Below the pieces are notes generated by a model, which saw nothing but the letters and a program-made list of their open reading frames with translations, ran no database searches and had not been told where the DNA came from. DNA of 24,086 nt, taken from positions 1-24,086 of the IMG/VR virus record IMGVR_UViG_3300026187_000089; one strand, written 5' to 3'. Positions within the stretch are counted from its first letter, which is position 1, and the number at the start of each line of letters is the position of its first letter. A program made the translations under genes and the position numbers. Shown one piece after another: positions 22,827 through 24,086 of this stretch. Source of the DNA: a virus. Taxonomy: Duplodnaviria > Caudoviricetes.

Positions 22827-24085
22827 AATGTTTCCTGTTTTAAATTGATGGGGTATATCTTATATTGAAAGCCTTCTTTAGTATATATTTTTATTCTTTC
22901 TGCACTGTGGCGAAGAGTAAAGTTCTTATGACTCTTTACATGAAAATCGTCAGCAATGTCGTAGAGCGTTGTGTCTCTACCATCGTCAGACTTTCTCAGT
23001 CCTCTGCCGATACTCTGGAGGACTTTGATTTGAGACTTCGATGGCGAAGCAAAACAAATGTTGCTGAGATTCCGTATATTAATACCAGTAGAAAAAGTTC
23101 CAAGAGAAGCGACGATAATTGCATCTTTCTGTTTCTCCACGATACCACGGATTTGTTCTCTGTCCGCAGTGTCTACCTCACCCGAGACATAGAAAATTCT
23201 ACGCCCATCCTCTGCCTTTTCCGTCATCATGTCGTACAGCACTTTGCCGTGCTTTTCTACATATTGGAAAAGAACAAGTGTATTACCTTCTAGAGATAAT
23301 GCTAAGTTGGTAATAAACTTGTTCCTCTTCTCGTTTGTAACTATATAGTCAATTTCTTCCTGGTATGTCTTGTTTTGCATCCAGTGGCAGATATCATTAT
23401 GATAGTTTAGAAGCATCACCTTGATGTCTAGTCCTGCCAGTGTGTTCTTCTTCTGTAGTTCTACAGTGGTGGTGACTTTGTAGACAGACCCAAACAGTCC
23501 TTCAAGCACCAGCTTATTAGTCTCAGTGCCGTCTAGAGTTCCTGTTGTACCGAATCTATACTCTGCATTCTTAGCTTTGTTCATGATTCCAGACAAAGAC
23601 TTAGCCTTGAACCCGTGAACCTCATCCCCGAAGATTGCACCAAACTGATGAAACCAGTCCCCACTCAGTTTGTATATAGACTGCCATGTAGAGATGATAA
23701 TACGCTTCTCTGTGTTCTTGTCTTTGCCTGAATAGACTCTATGGCAAGCATCTTCTACATCAAAGCCATAGTCTGCGAAGTCTTTATACATCTGCTCAAC
23801 CAAAGATGTTGTAGGCACGATCACAAGGACTTTCTGCTCGTGATTGTCCAAGTACCACCGCATGAGGTTGTAGATGATAAAAGATTTACCAGAACCTGTA
23901 GGAGAGAGAAGAATACAGCGCTTGTTCTTGATGCCATGTGAGATAGCATCGTACTGATAATCACGCACATCAAAGGGAGCACCAAGAGATTCAAGATACT
24001 TCACAAGCTCTTGATGTTTGACTGTATTCTTAAGCTCCGGGTGCCCATACTGCTCGTTATCAATAATCTGCAGAGGGTAGAATCT
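22823..24085 (-). CDS. uvsW: UvsW SF2 DNA/RNA-DNA helicase (5' end outside the window)
   Basis: RDYQ, SPTGSGKS, DEVH, GTTGTL, STGINI and LQSIGRGLR motifs. The frame stays open from 24004 to the window edge. Confidence 0.96.
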   Translation of the reverse strand, partial: RFYPLQIIDNEQYGHPELKNTVKHQELVKYLESLGAPFDVRDYQYDAISHGIKNKRCILLSPTGSGKSFIIYNLMRWYLDNHEQKVLVIVPTTSLVEQMYKDFADYGFDVEDACHRVYSGKDKNTEKRIIISTWQSIYKLSGDWFHQFGAIFGDEVHGFKAKSLSGIMNKAKNAEYRFGTTGTLDGTETNKLVLEGLFGSVYKVTTTVELQKKNTLAGLDIKVMLLNYHNDICHWMQNKTYQEEIDYIVTNEKRNKFITNLALSLEGNTLVLFQYVEKHGKVLYDMMTEKAEDGRRIFYVSGEVDTADREQIRGIVEKQKDAIIVASLGTFSTGINIRNLSNICFASPSKSQIKVLQSIGRGLRKSDDGRDTTLYDIADDFHVKSHKNFTLRHSAERIKIYTKEGFQYKIYPINLKQETL

Positions 24086-24086
24086 A

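Noticed and set aside
16-23941. Numerous plus-strand and alternate-frame ORFs in the track (e.g. 2823-3254, 6332-6697, 16884-17303, 21824-22279)
   Set aside because: They lie wholly within well-supported minus-strand genes, lack recognisable motifs and are typical shadow ORFs.
1-24086. Stop-codon reassignment
   Set aside because: Core genes are full length in code 11, and TAA, TGA and TAG all occur at sensible gene ends.
1-24086. CRISPR array, DGR or retron-type elements
   Set aside because: No regularly spaced repeats, reverse transcriptase or template/variable repeat pair was seen. The only long repeat is an exact 31-bp in-frame duplication.

Overview
This 24-kb window is the DNA replication/recombination core of a T4-like myovirus. 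Its synteny resembles that of marine cyanophages and pelagiphages. Almost everything is on the minus strand. In transcription order the core genes are uvsW (partial), a conserved hypothetical, gp55 late sigma factor, gp47, gp46, gp45, gp44, gp62, regA, hsp20, gp43 DNA polymerase, uvsX, a gp40-like gene and gp41 helicase (partial). Accessory cargo is wedged between them: (1) about 10 small ORFs between 47 and 46; (2) tRNA-Arg(TCT), a sulfotransferase, tRNA-Thr(TGT), a SleB-type wall hydrolase and membrane proteins between 45 and 44; (3) a MazG-like pyrophosphatase, dCMP deaminase and a 2OG-Fe(II) oxygenase between 44 and 62; (4) a JmjC/cupin and the only credible plus-strand gene between regA and hsp20; (5) an HNH-like ORF, an AEP/PrimPol-like protein, UDP-glucuronate epimerase and UDP-glucose dehydrogenase between 43 and uvsX. 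The most notable non-coding signals are a ROSE-like RNA thermometer with a palindromic two-way late promoter in front of hsp20, near-perfect sigma70 promoters written into coding sequence as [LF]D-x6-YN, a back-to-back consensus promoter pair firing antisense toward uvsW, and a sulfotransferase whose stop codon lies inside the mature tRNA-Thr. All calls come from reading motifs by eye; no database searches were run.
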